A stretch of 64,000 bases of DNA, taken from NCBI RefSeq assembly GCF_006345805.1, contig NC_042997.1, forward strand, positions 36,766,001-36,830,000. The letters are read 5' to 3'. The translations under genes were made by a program, and so were the position numbers. The notes below the pieces were generated by a model. It did not search any database. It was given only the letters and a program-made list of their open reading frames with translations, and was not told the origin of the DNA. Positions 40,330 through 52,627 of the stretch are shown here, in pieces; positions within the stretch are counted from its first letter, which is position 1, and each line of letters opens with the position of its first letter. The DNA comes from Octopus sinensis. Lineage: Eukaryota.

Positions 40330-40920
40330 AAGGAAGGAGATCGATATTGCTGCCTTGTTTCATGTTACTTGCAGTGATTAAGTTCATCTGTGATCTTGGA
40401 TAGTAGTAGTTGAGTTGTCTCTTGAAATCATCTACCCGTACTCCAACTAGATCTCTCAGGTATCAAATAACCGTGAGCACTTGTATCTCGAACCATTTCA
40501 ATATATGCTCCTTAATCTAGATGGCATGACTGGGGCATTTGAATAAGTGTAGATACCTCTAGTTCGAGGCTAGCATAGCACTCGATGCCAAAGTTTGGTG
40601 CAAAGACTCCAGGATCTTCCACGCGTATAACACAGCATATCTCTCACGTTCTCGATCCTGGGAGTACAGTCGCGGCTCTTTCTGTCTCTCTTAGTGCTGT
40701 AGCAGTTCTAATATCGATTCAATGTCCCTGGTGTGGTACGGCTGAAATACTTCTAATTCTGCTATTAAATCGACACTATGGGTTGACAACATTTGTGAGC
40801 TGTAGACTAAATGGCTGAGAACAAATGTCCTCCATAAAAGCTGCCTAATGTCCCGGTCTTTGTTCTGAATGTTTTTTAGAATACATCTGGCCATTCACCT
40901 GCATATTGTCACCATCTTGG
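40330..40920 (-). mobile_element. CR1-like LINE 3' RT fragment (older copy)
   Basis: LWRTFVLSHLVYSSQMLS...LIAELEVFQ; LRDLVGVRVDDFKRQL; related to the 43170 copy. Confidence 0.8.
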
Positions 40921-41473
40921 TGATAAGTGTGTGAAACGATGAAGAAAGAAAGAAAAAAAGAAAGAAAAAGTGAGGGAGAGAGAAACAAAAGAGACAGAGA
41001 GAGGCCATCTTTTGAGATGGTTGAAATTGTATTCTTATTGTTTGTTGTCATGCTGCCCGGCTTTAACAAGTAGTCTTTCTTTGTAATGGTTTAAGTTGAT
41101 TACAATTCAAGATGTCAATTTAATTTTAGTCTTTGTTGTATAAATTTTCATTTTATCCAGCTATGAAACATAGATTATATCAAAATTGTTTTGGAGGTTA
41201 TTAAATAAGTGTGAGAGTGTGTGGGTATGTGTGAGTGTGTGCGTATGTGTATGTGTATGCTATGTGTGTTGCCTGCTTTAAGTGAATTTTTCCATTGTCT
41301 ATATTTTCTATACTATTTCATTCCCGTTTTTCCTTTTTCCTTTTTCTCCCTCTAGCTAACCCTCCAAATGTTCACCACTCACACATACAGACACCCATAC
41401 ATATGCACAAAAACACACACTCACACATATATGCACACACCACACACAGACACACAGACGCACACATACACAT

Positions 41474-41507
<34 letters not shown>

Positions 41508-41768
41508 TGTTATTTGCACATATAGATTCAAAATAACAAACAAATTCTCTTCCAAACTGAAATCCAATTTTCAACTAAATTTCATATATGTAAAGGACAA
41601 ATATTTTCTGTAAAAATATCATTCTTTATCAATTTCTGAAAGATTGAATCGCTAAAAAAAATCATCCGAAATTCTGATTGCCTGCTTTCGTTGAGAATCC
41701 AATAAGATCCTTTAATCGATTAAGTTTCTTCCTAATTTTCTCAAACTACGTAGAAATAGTATAATGAT

Positions 41769-42033
41769 CCCTGTGTATATAAGTACTATATATGTTGCCT
41801 ATTCTACATCATACCTTGATACTGTGTGGGCTTAGCCCTGTTTATATAATATTATAATATTACCTATAATGTAACATACTTTTATAATGTTTGGACTTAA
41901 CCCTGTTTATAAAAGTAATATACATGTTACCTATACTTTATCATGCCTTGATACAGTGCGGTCTAAGCCCTGTTCATAAAATATTATACATGTTAATTAT
42001 ACTAAATCATACCTTGATACCGTGTAGGCTAAG
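41769..42033. repeat. Degenerate minisatellite, 4 units of 65-67 bp
   Basis: Units start CCCTG at 41769, 41836, 41901 and 41968; most share ATCAT(A/G)CCTTGATAC. Confidence 0.8.
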
Positions 42034-42859
42034 ATCCCCATTAACAGGCCACTGATGTTTAAAATAAATTGATATCACTATGTGTTAACTCTTTCATTGG
42101 ATTCCCCACCTCGTCGGGTCGCAATTTTTTCCCACGAGAGTTTCGGGACCTAGTTATGAACTGATTTGCATATAGCCAATGACAGCTCAACGATGAAACT
42201 AGTGTCCACCTAGTCACGAAAATAATCTGGTTGAGTTCAGTGGAAAATGCGTGTTATAGCAAAATTAAACTGTTCTAAACGGTTTAATAGGGGTGACAAA
42301 TGTGAAACTTAGTGTATAAAGTGAATGGGGAGCTGCTCACCGATAATGCAATACGTGCTGCCAATTTGAGTAATTTACAAGAAAACGTAAATGTGTGTAG
42401 TTTCTTAATGTTTTCACTGATCTTGTACATACCTAATTTAAAATGTTAGTGTTGATCTGGAAACATCGTAATCAATATAGTGTTGTGTCGTATTGCGGTT
42501 TCCTTGCACATATAAATGGGTACATGCAGTATCACTAATCTCAGTCTGAGCGTAGGTAACTAATGTTAGCTCCATATAGAGATGGTGCTCAATTGATCTA
42601 TGAGGATGGTGGAGGGGGTATGTGGTGCTTATGTGTGACCTGCAACGCTGTACTCACAGAGTAGCATACACCATTCCATGCCTGGCTGACTGTACTGTAG
42701 CAGTAAACAGATTGTAGAGGTGAGCTCTGATTGGCTGTATAGAAATGTGTTGATTACTGGAGTCCAGAACACTCGTGGGGAAAAAAATCGTAGGTGACCT
42801 GCTAGATGCAAGAGGAAACAGTGAGAGAAGGATGGGGTGAATGAGTCGGCAGACGTTCG

Positions 42860-42992
42860 CCTTTATCTTCTGCCGGGGCTCCGTGGAGCTTAGGTGTTTC
42901 GCTCATAAACACACACATCGCACGGTCTGAGATTCGAACCCGCGATTCTTCGACCGCGCGTCCGCTGCTCTAACCACTAGGCCATATGCCAC
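42860..42992 (-). mobile_element. SINE family B 5' head fragment
   Basis: Reverse complement GGCCTAGTGGTTAGAGCAGCGGACGCGCGG...GGTTCGAATCTCAGACC...GAGCGAAACACCTAAGCTCCACG. Confidence 0.75.
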
Positions 42993-43169
42993 CACATTCT
43001 GTCTTTACCTATTGTATATTTTTTCCAAACGCCCTTTCAGTTTCATAAAGTATTTACTTCAGCTGACTAATACTTTGCTTCATATTGTTACATTGTGGCA
43101 CAGGTATTTTCCCTCTAAGTTTTCTTATTCGTACGCTGTTTGGTTATGTAGTTTAAAAATGTATTCACA

Positions 43170-43735
43170 GAACTTGAGGCGATCCAACGTAGCTACACGA
43201 AGAAGATAGCCTCTGTACAGCATATAAGGTACTGGGAAAGACTCAAGAGATTTAAACTCTATTCCTTGGAGCGTAGGCGAGAAAGATATGCCATAATATA
43301 CATCTGGAAGATCCTGGAAGGACTTGTCCCAAAACTTTGGCGTCGAGAGTTACACAAATGCCAGAACAGGGCGCCACTGCGTGGTGCCAAGGACTCTAAT
43401 TAGCCATCAAGATGTAGGACAAGATACTGTGATAGCTTGGGCTTCCGAGGCCCACAGCTCTTCAATATCCTCCCGAAGAACCTAAGAGACCTGCATGGGG
43501 TGGATGCAGATGTCTTTAAAATGAAACTGGATCTCTTCTTGTCAGGTATCCCAGATGAACCAACTTCACGGCAGGAGGTGCAGATGAGGGCAGCTGCATC
43601 GAACTCTCTCATGCACCAAATGGCTGTTGCTAAAAAGCATTCGTGAAGTAAAACCATGTAGCAACACCAGATGGCGGTGCCCCAGCATGGCCACAGCTCG
43701 TGAGCTGAAACTAGATACAATAAAAAAAAAAAAAT
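43170..43735 (+). mobile_element. 5'-truncated CR1-like LINE with well-preserved RT C-terminus, 3' UTR and poly(A)
   Basis: ELEAIQRSYTKKIASVQHIRYWERLKRFKLYSLERRRERYAIIYIWKILEGLVPN...GPQLFNILPKNLRDL...KLDLFLSGIPDEP...SNSLMHQ; A-tail at ~43720-43735. Confidence 0.9.
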
Positions 43736-44254
43736 TCCCTCGATTTCTACATTTTACGTTTTAAATCTTTTATTTCAACATGAAAAGTCGTCACTAAATT
43801 TAGACAGCTATCATCCCTGATGACGGCCTGTTTGAATTCCAAGTTGTTATGTAGTTTAGGCAACTGCTTCAAAGTATACATCTTCAGTTTCACTATGGTC
43901 GAATAATACGCTTCGTATGTTTAGCATTTGTCCTTACTTGCACTTGGGAGTTTTACAGAAAACACGTGTTTATATAATTCTTAAACGTTTTGTCATTTCA
44001 TATGTCGTATCTGAGCAACTGTCTTTATGAACATTTTAATACATCAATAACACGATGTAAAGAGTATTAACATTTAGCAAATAAATCAGCATACCACGTA
44101 TGAGTGGTATAATTTATTGGTTGATATCAAGATCAAATATATATTTTTCGGACTATGTAAGAAAGATGCTACTCGGTAAAAGCAGCCTTCTCTCCTTTCT
44201 GTATGAAACCAATCTTCTGTAATTTTTTCCAGGTGTTGTGTGTTTTACGTGACT

Positions 44255-44385
44255 ATCATCATCATCATCATCATCGCCATCATCATCATCATCATACTCA
44301 CCATTATCATCTTCGGCAGTAGCAGCAGCATGCCATCAACATTACTAGCATGTAAGAAGAAGAAGAAGAAAAAGAGGCAGCAGCT

Positions 44386-44450
<65 letters not shown>

Positions 44451-44466
44451 TGTTGTTGTTGTTGTA
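44255..44466. repeat. Compound trinucleotide run (CAT)n-(AAG)n-(CAG)n-(TAG)n-(TTG)n
   Basis: Directly visible. Confidence 0.95.
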
Positions 44467-44511
44467 GTTCTTACCAACAATCTGACCGCTTTGTTTCACA
44501 AAGATGACAAT

Positions 44512-44955
44512 GGCGCAGGAGTGACTGTGTGGGAAGTAGCTTGCTTACCAACCACATGGTTCCGGGTTCAGTCTCACAGCGTGGCAAGTTGGGCAAGTGT
44601 CTTCTACAATAGCATTGAGCCGACGAAGCCTTGGGAGCGGATTTGGTACACGGAAACTGAAAGAAGCCCGTCGGATATATATATATATATATGTGTGTGT
44701 ATGTGTGTGGTGTGTGTGTGTGAGTGTGTGTGTGTGTGTGAGCGTTTGCATATCTGTGATTGTTCCCTCACATCGTTTGACAACCGCTGCTAGTGTGTTT
44801 ACGTCCCCGTAACTTAGCGGTTCGGCAAAAACGATGGATATAATAAGTACTAGGCTTACAAACAAGAAGTTTCGTTCGACTGAAGGTGGTGCTCCAGCAT
44901 GGCCATAGTCAAATGACTAAAACAAATAAAAAAGAAAAAAAGAAAAGAAAAAGAA
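44512..44955 (+). mobile_element. tRNA-derived SINE, family A
   Basis: Full head, body and tail as at 27263. Confidence 0.9.
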
Positions 44956-45446
44956 TGTAATATCAACTTGATTATTTTCAGAACAAGCGTCACAAAATAC
45001 ACAATGCAATGTTATGCTTTAAATACATATTTGTTTTCTGAACGAGAGATCATATATAACATATCAGATTATATAACATATCAAAGCAGCTTTTTCTTCA
45101 CTTCACAGTTCTAGCAATATGATGCAGCAAAGGACAAAAGGAAACCCAGTCCTGCATTATCGTTACACTTGGTTTGTTGATGATACTAAAATAATACGTT
45201 TTGTAGTCGTGTTCGTGAGTATGTAACTGTGTATGAGCGTGCGTATGTTCTGTGCGTGAGTATATATGTGTTATGCATGTATGTATAAATGTATTATGCT
45301 TATACATATGCATATATATATATATAAATATATGGATACACACACACACATAAATGGAGACATACTCATGTATGTATAACTAGAACATAAAAGATACGTA
45401 TGTATGTATCTATATTTGCATGAATGTGTATGTGTATATATTATAT

Positions 45447-45493
<47 letters not shown>

Positions 45494-45608
45494 TTAACAA
45501 TTTATGTCTTGCTTCGAGAGCTGCATTCGGTATGATTCGTTAAATTTTGGTAGTAATGACTTATGTCCCTCTTAGCGTGTGGCATTTATGTGTAATAATG
45601 CCCTCTAT

Positions 45609-45649
<41 letters not shown>

Positions 45650-46107
45650 TATATATATTATATATATATATATATGGTATATATGTGCGTGTGTGTGCGT
45701 GTGTATGTGTGTGTGTGTGTGCGGGTGTGTGGAAGTGTGTGTGTAGGAGATTATGTTTATCTAGGTATATATATATATAGGAATTGTATTTATCTACGAA
45801 ATGTCTTTCTATCGGAGCCGATGCAATTAGTTTGTTGAAAATCTCTCGCAGGTGTCTAAATGCACAAACGTCACTAAGTGTTCGTGACACAGCAGCGACC
45901 CTTCGTTTATTTCTCGGCAACTTTTGATACCTATTTAAAGAGATGTTTCGTACGTCTTAGATATTTATCCGTCTTATTGAACATATATCGACTATGGCTG
46001 CCGTGTTTATGTTGAGTGAATCTCGAAGTTTGATAAAAGTTCTTGTTTGTTACTTGTAAGTTCAATCCAGACCAATTTATGATTTTAGACAAACATAGAA
46101 AACATAT

Positions 46108-46165
<58 letters not shown>

Positions 46166-46596
46166 GCTGAATAACAAGGAAAAACGAGTTACGTAATCAC
46201 AGTCATTGTCTTACAGACGTTTTTGTGTTATAAAGATAGTGCACGACCGCAGCGAAGCGCCAGTGCATCGTCATGTAGCTTCCTCGCAGACTTAGTTTTA
46301 AACTCTGGACGGAAGATATATAATGATGCACAAGCTCTCAGCTCTTACTGCACTATTTCCTATATCAGAAACAGACATAAGCTAATGAGGTTGATTGCGT
46401 AATATCCAGTTCTCTTGTCAATCAGTTCAGTTATATTACGCTCTGCAATCGCTTAATGCTTCACAACAAATTATGTGTATAATAACCTTTTCTACCAAGA
46501 GGTTATTATTATCGCTAAGCCTTACACTTAATTAAAATGTACGCACACATTCGTACGTACACTCATACGCGCACATAGATACCTATTTCTGTCGCA

Positions 46597-46672
<76 letters not shown>

Positions 46673-46679
46673 TCGTCAA

Positions 46680-47150
46680 TTAAAAGCTTTACAGAGGCTT
46701 CTCTGCTTCTCCAACTCTCCACGCGACGGGCCCATCCAGCAACGTTAATACCTTCTCTGCCCTCCGCGCGTAACTTAGCCCTGACTCTACACCCTTCATG
46801 TTTGGCTTGGAGGTGCCGGAATAATACCGTTCTCGCCGTCAAAAATCTGGATGCAGAGCCTGATGCTATGGCCTCCTCTAATTCCTTAGTTAATTGCCCT
46901 TCTAATCTAGTTCCCTCTAAACTTAGCTCTTTACTAAATCTGAGAGACTCTAAACGAATTAGAACAAAACTGTGCACGAATCGTAGTTATATTTGTGATT
47001 GTACTACAACACATCGCTTTGGAACTCGGGGTAATTTTAATCTTTTCAGGTTAAAAATTATCAAAATTAATTTAATGTTAATTTCCGAGGAGAAGTCTAG
47101 TAAAACAAGTAATTCAACAGATCGAAGTTTTTGACGCTTAACGAAGAACC
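46680..47150 (-). mobile_element. Tx1-like ORF2 linker fragment
   Basis: IRLESLRFSKELSLEG...[29 protein letters not shown] resembles the EN-RT linker of Tx1-type elements. Confidence 0.6.
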
Positions 47151-47506
47151 GATGAATATATCTGTCGCTGGTGTGCTAGCTTTCAAGAACACTAACAAAA
47201 GAAAAGTAAATCTTTATTTCTCATCTTATAGAAACAAACACCTTGATAATGATCGAGACAATGATGGATTAACTTAAAAACTCTTTGCGCCTCTTCTTTC
47301 AATTTTCCATTTTCTTATCGTAGTAAGTTGCTATTTAGTTTTTTTACGGTTGACTGACTTTTTAGAGACATGCCAAATTCCACACAGCTATACTTGTTAG
47401 TAAGCGCTTGCCTTTAGTATATGTGTATCCATCTGATGTGTGTAGACGTTTATGTGTCTATGTTTAGTGTTAGCGTCTGTGTCTATATCACTATAACTGC
47501 GTAAGT

Positions 47507-47878
47507 GGAGACGCAATGGCCCGGTGGTTAGGGCAGCGGACTCGCGGTTTCGATTCCCAGACCGGACGTTGTGAGTGTTTATTGAGCGAAAACACCTAAA
47601 GCTCCACGAGGCTCCGGCAGGGGATGGTGGTGATCCCTGCTGTACTCTTTCACCACAACTTTCTCTCACTCTTACTTCCTGTTTCTGTTGTACCTTGTAT
47701 TTCAAAGGACCGGCCTTGTCACTCTCTGTGTCACGCTGAATATCCCCGAGAACTACGTTAAGGGTACACGTGTCTGTGGAGTGCTCAGCCACTTACACGT
47801 TAATGTCACGAGCAGGCTTTTCCGTTGATTCGGATCAACCGGAACCCTCATCGTCGTAACCGACGGAGTGCTTCCATC
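47507..47878 (+). mobile_element. tRNA-derived SINE, family B, full length
   Basis: 14-bp TSD ATAACTGCGTAAGT at 47493-47506 and 47879-47892; A/B-box-like head. Confidence 0.95.
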
Positions 47879-48059
47879 ATAACTGCGTAAGTATATTTGT
47901 CTTAGTTTGTATAGTTTTGTATATCTGTTAGCTTATTGGTTCATGTTTCTTTGGTGTATGTTTGTTTGAAATCACTTTATAATAATATTGTTTATGTTTT
48001 CAAAATGCTGAAATCTATGAATGTAAAATAAATATGAATTCCTGCTCGACCGTACACAT

Positions 48060-50450
48060 AAATAAAGGGGCAATAACCAATTGCTGCGACAACATCAGTC
48101 CTGAGATCAAGTAAGATCTTAAAGGGCAGTGATGTTGTAATGATTTGGAGCTCTTAACCTTAAAGTAGTAACGTCATTAATTCATGTAGTATAGACAGGC
48201 AGAGTTGGCAAGTTGGTAGCATACAAATATTATGCCTCACCGAGAAACCAGTAAAGAAAGCCTGGGAAAGTTATACAATATAAGCACAGAAGACAGCGCA
48301 TCCATCTGTGAAACCATGAAGATTTGAAAGCCTAACATACTTTAGTGGACAAGTTAGATCTACTTGGCAAGTTTAAGGCCTGGGTTTACCAGTATGGCAT
48401 TCTCCTAGATTTGTTTAGCCACTAGTGCTATGAGAGGCGGAGAGCTGGCAGAAAGGTTAGCACGCCGGGCGAAATGCTTAACGGTATTTCGCTTGTCGTT
48501 ACGTTGTGAGTTTAAATTCTGCCGAGGTTGACTTTGCCTTTCATCCTTTCGGGGTCGATAAATAAAGTACCAGTTTCACACTGGGGTCGATGTAATCGAC
48601 TTAATATGTCCGTCTGTCCTTGTTTGTCCCCTCTATGTTTAGCCCCTTGTGGGTAGTAAAGAAATAGGTATTTCGCTTGTCGTTACGTTGTGAGTTTAAA
48701 TTCTGCCGAGGTCGACTTTGCCTTTCATCCTTTCGGGGTCGATAAATAAAGTACCAGTTTCACACTGGGGTCGATGTAATCGACTTAATATGTCCGTCTG
48801 TCCTTGTTTGTCCCCTCTATGTTTAGCCCCTTGTGGGTAGTAAAGAAATAGGTATTTCGCTTGTCGTTACGTTGTGAGTTTAAATTCTGCCGAGGTCGAC
48901 TTTGCCTTTCATCCTTTCGGGGTCGATAAATAAAGAACCAGTTTCACACTGGGGTCGATGTAATCGACTTAATATGTCCGTCTGTCCTTGTTTGTCCCCT
49001 CTATGTTTAGCCCCTTGTGGGTAGTAAAGAAATAGGTATTTCGCTTGTCGTTACGTTGTGAGTTTAAATTCTGCCGAGGTCGACTTTGCCTTTCATCCTT
49101 TCGGGGTCGATAAATTAAGTACCCGTTACGCACTGGGGTCGATGTAATCGACTTAATACCTATGTTTGTCCTTGTATGTCCCCTCTATGTTTAGCCCCTT
49201 GTGGGTAATAAAGAAATAGGTATGTGAGATCCACGTATCCACATTAGCTAGCTTCGTGAGGAGAGTTATCAGGTTGTTTTGGGAATGGCTAGGAAACGAC
49301 GTAGTATTGCTGTGTAGAGAGGGAATAACTACATAAATTTCCCCATCAGCAGCCTGAAAGAAGGGTCGATGGCAACCTCAGCGGAGTAAGTGATAACATA
49401 CAATCATTCTTACATTCCAAAGTCTCTCAAGCTGATATTCACCTTAGGACTGCATGAAAGCTGGTCAGCATATGCTGCCGAGCCTGCAGAGTCGCAGCAA
49501 AGACGTAAAGATATAATACCTGTTGAACTTTGTAGATGAGCTGATCTAAGTAGCAGCACAAGGAACAACGAAGTCAGTAGCAGCACATGGAACAATGAAA
49601 GGAGAAGCAACACAAGAGGCTACTAATCTCGAATGCGTTTTCAGCGTTGATTGAAGAGGTTTGAACCGGCAAAACCGTTGAGAAGTAGGGATCTTAGTTT
49701 AGGAAGTGTCCTAAATGTTGGTTAGTGGAAACTTCACCGGACAAAATTTCTGATTCAAGTAGTTTACGAGGCGCTACCAAACTCGTCAAACATGTTCCGC
49801 TGCAACATGTTTAGTTATCAGTTTCTCCCTATTTTTCTGAGTGAGAAATTCCAGCACTTCCCCAGTTGCTGTGGAATAACTCTGGAAAGCACGGAGTTCT
49901 CATTATCACTGCAAGCACGAACCACAGTGTGATTAGCAATTGCGGATTCTTTGGTCAGATGAAGACGATTACACCTTTTGTTAAGGCTGGAATGAAGAAG
50001 ATTCCACCTGTCAGGTTCATCTCCACGGGGTTACAACTAACAATGCAAAAAGCGCAAGTGTAGGACTACATAGTGAAGCAGCTGAAATCCCAAAAAGTGT
50101 CACCTCAACATCCATAATATTACACATAGAGCTGATGTTGGAAGCAGATTATTCGGCTGGAACTTTATAGATCCTAACAGGACAGTAAGGTTAAGTGCAT
50201 CATACAACGAAAATGAAATAAGTTCAGGTTGTTCAATTGGGCAGTAAAAATTTTTGACAAGTAAGCTGTGAAATATTCCATGCAGAATGCAATTTGTCTG
50301 CAGTACTGTCCATGTTCAGAGATTAAAACACAATAGCTATCAAAGAGTCTGCAGAGGAGAGGACACCAAATTTACTGTGGAGGTAGCAGAAGTTTCCTAA
50401 TGGTAACTGTGAATCAGGATGTATGAACCCTGGAAATGGTAGTGAAAACT
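48060..50450 (+). mobile_element. Decayed Hero-like (restriction-like endonuclease) LINE, interrupted by the SINE D array
   Basis: Remnants TEKPVK-LGKLY, GKFKAWVYQYGIL, FPISSLKE and FLIQVVYEALPNSSN. Confidence 0.65.
48434..49223 (+). mobile_element. SINE family D with a tandemly amplified body (4 x 184 bp)
   Basis: One head (GGCGGAGAGCTGGCAGAA), then units starting GGTAT at 48483, 48667, 48851 and 49035; core GCCTTTCATCCTTTCGGGGTCGATAAA. Confidence 0.92.
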
Positions 50451-51386
50451 ACATAATAAGAGGGCTTTGACCTACCCTGACTGAGGTCACCTAGATGAGG
50501 GTGTTTAACGAAAACCCTACACACTCAGTAACTAGAGAAAATATCAATGATGATATATCCAGAAAAGTGGTAGGGTAATGTAAGTAAAAACAATTTGTAA
50601 TTAAGCATGTGTGAATTTGCGAGGTGTGTGTGTGTGTATGTGTGTCAGACGTCTTGTGTGCGCGTTTGTACAGAAACATAAATTGAATCATTGAATTCCA
50701 AGATATAGCAAGAGAACCAATTTTATTTCTTCTAAATATTTCATATTACTTAAGCATTTGGATTTCAAATGCATATATTGAAATCAATCATAAATTTGAT
50801 ATTACTTTAATATCTAATCCAGCAAGTGGTGTTGCACAATAAGATGAAATTTTGAAGTGAGATATGAAAACGGATACTCAGTTCCCTATCTTTCTGATAA
50901 CACTAGTTTAATATTAATATAGTTTACCTAATAATTGCATTTCCTCTTAAAATTATTTGCGAACATTATCTTCCAAACTAGGTTATATGTTGTATCATCC
51001 TGTAAACAAGAAGTCCTTAAGCAGCATACACAAACATATAATTGCAATAGATTCCAACTTGTTACCATCTAATTGTCCATTAACATCTGTACAATTTATA
51101 TATTGATATTGCTGTATCTCAGAAACATTAACATTTTAAATTTAATATTATCTAATTAAGTATTCAAATGTGGAGTTATATATTATAATAACATGAACGC
51201 TGGACAATTATATAGGTCTCCTTAATAATAATTTTCGAAATAATCAAATCCTGCTTAGGAAAACTGCAAGTATCGGTTGTTGATATAAGGTTTTATGTCC
51301 GTTGTGGCCAAGTATAGAAATGATACGAATCTCCTGTACCAGATCTGGTACACTTTCACATAGATAAGGACAATACCCAACTAGAT

Positions 51387-51775
51387 GGATATGGAAGCAC
51401 TCCGTCGGTTACGACGACGAGGGTTCCGGTTGATCTGATCAACGGAGCAGCCTGCTCGTGAAATTAACGTGTAAGTGGCTGAGCACTCCACAGACACGTG
51501 TACCCTTAACGTAGTTCTCGGGGATATTCAGCGTGACACAGAGAGTGACAAGGCCGGCCCTTTGGAATACAAGGTACAACAGAAACAGGAAGTAAGAGTG
51601 AGAGAAAGTTGTGGTGAAAGAGTACAGCAGGGGTCACCACCATCCCTGCCGGAGCCTCGTGGAGCTTTAGGTGTTTTCGCTCAATAAACACTCACAACGC
51701 CCGGTCTGGGAATCGAAACCGCGATCCTACGACCGCGAGTCCGCTGCCCGAACCACTGGGCTATTGCGCCTCCAC
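51387..51775 (-). mobile_element. tRNA-derived SINE, family B, full length
   Basis: 13-bp TSD TACCCAACTAGAT at 51374-51386 and 51776-51788; near-identical to the 47507 copy. Confidence 0.95.
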
Positions 51776-52073
51776 TACCCAACTAGATAATACATAATGA
51801 AACGTACGTGCTTCAAATTTGCTACGTTATATATATATACCATTTTTATTTTCAATTCATGGCTATGGGACCATAAAGATAAACATGGCGTCTATAGTGA
51901 ACAGGGATTAGTTGAACAAGTCAGCGCACGACGTATTCTCTGAAGCTTGATTATAGAAAATGGTGGTTATTCTAGCGTTATATGTGGAGTTATGTGACTT
52001 CACTGATCCCGGATTTTTTCTGTTTTGATGCGTGTTTTATATTTATCAGAACTGAAGAACAAAGGTGATATTC

Positions 52074-52274
52074 ATGATGGTGTTCGATTATCAATCTGTA
52101 GCAGTTACAGGAATAATTTCTCTAATTTTACATTTATGGCAAATAACGGTGGAGTGTACCACATCCCAAAAACATGCTGCCTTTCAATGTCAGTATATCG
52201 GGATTAAACTAAAATTGTGTAATAGGATGATCATTTCGGGATTATTTGATTGCGTGGTGGAAGACCTAAAGTAA
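52074..52274 (+). CDS. Candidate 66-aa secreted Cys-containing peptide or exon
   Basis: Pyrimidine-rich acceptor ending at 52049, ATG at 52074, signal-like TGIISLILHLWQITVEC, further Cys residues, AATAAA at 52285; no confirmed homology. Confidence 0.25.
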   Translation: MMVFDYQSVAVTGIISLILHLWQITVECTTSQKHAAFQCQYIGIKLKLCNRMIISGLFDCVVEDLK

Positions 52275-52425
52275 TATGCGACTGAATAAATATCACATAC
52301 TCACATACGGATAAATAGAGAGATACATGCATAGAAAGAGATAGATAAGTGAGTGTATGTTTTTAAGTGTACGTGTATGTGTGTATATATATACATACAT
52401 CTAAATATATATATATATATATGTA

Positions 52426-52534
<109 letters not shown>

Positions 52535-52627
52535 TTCAGCAAAATTTAGATTCAAATGAATATGGTACTTAAGTCAGATGCACCATAATTTTGTACGGTG
52601 TTATCCATATAAAACCACGGGGTGATT

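Noticed and set aside
42655-42700. Minus-strand ATG...CTCT|GTGAGT mini-exon (MEWCMLL)
   Set aside because: Too short; no compatible downstream exon gave a meaningful product
43828-43870. CTGATGA followed by a GGCCT/AGGC stem (and CTGAAGA at ~30232)
   Set aside because: GAAA core and cleavage helix are missing; at most decayed relics
47507-47580. tRNA-like sequences at SINE heads (also 27263, 38170-38235 and 51700-51775)
   Set aside because: A/B-box-like heads run into SINE bodies and lack complete cloverleafs, so they are not tRNA genes
47397-47792. ORF MAEHSTDTCTLNVVLGDIQRD..., repeated at 51475-51687
   Set aside because: Antisense reading of SINE family B, not a duplicated gene
48483-49218. 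Regular repeats superficially like a CRISPR array
   Set aside because: Contiguous 184-bp units with no unique spacers, SINE-derived, eukaryotic context, no cas genes
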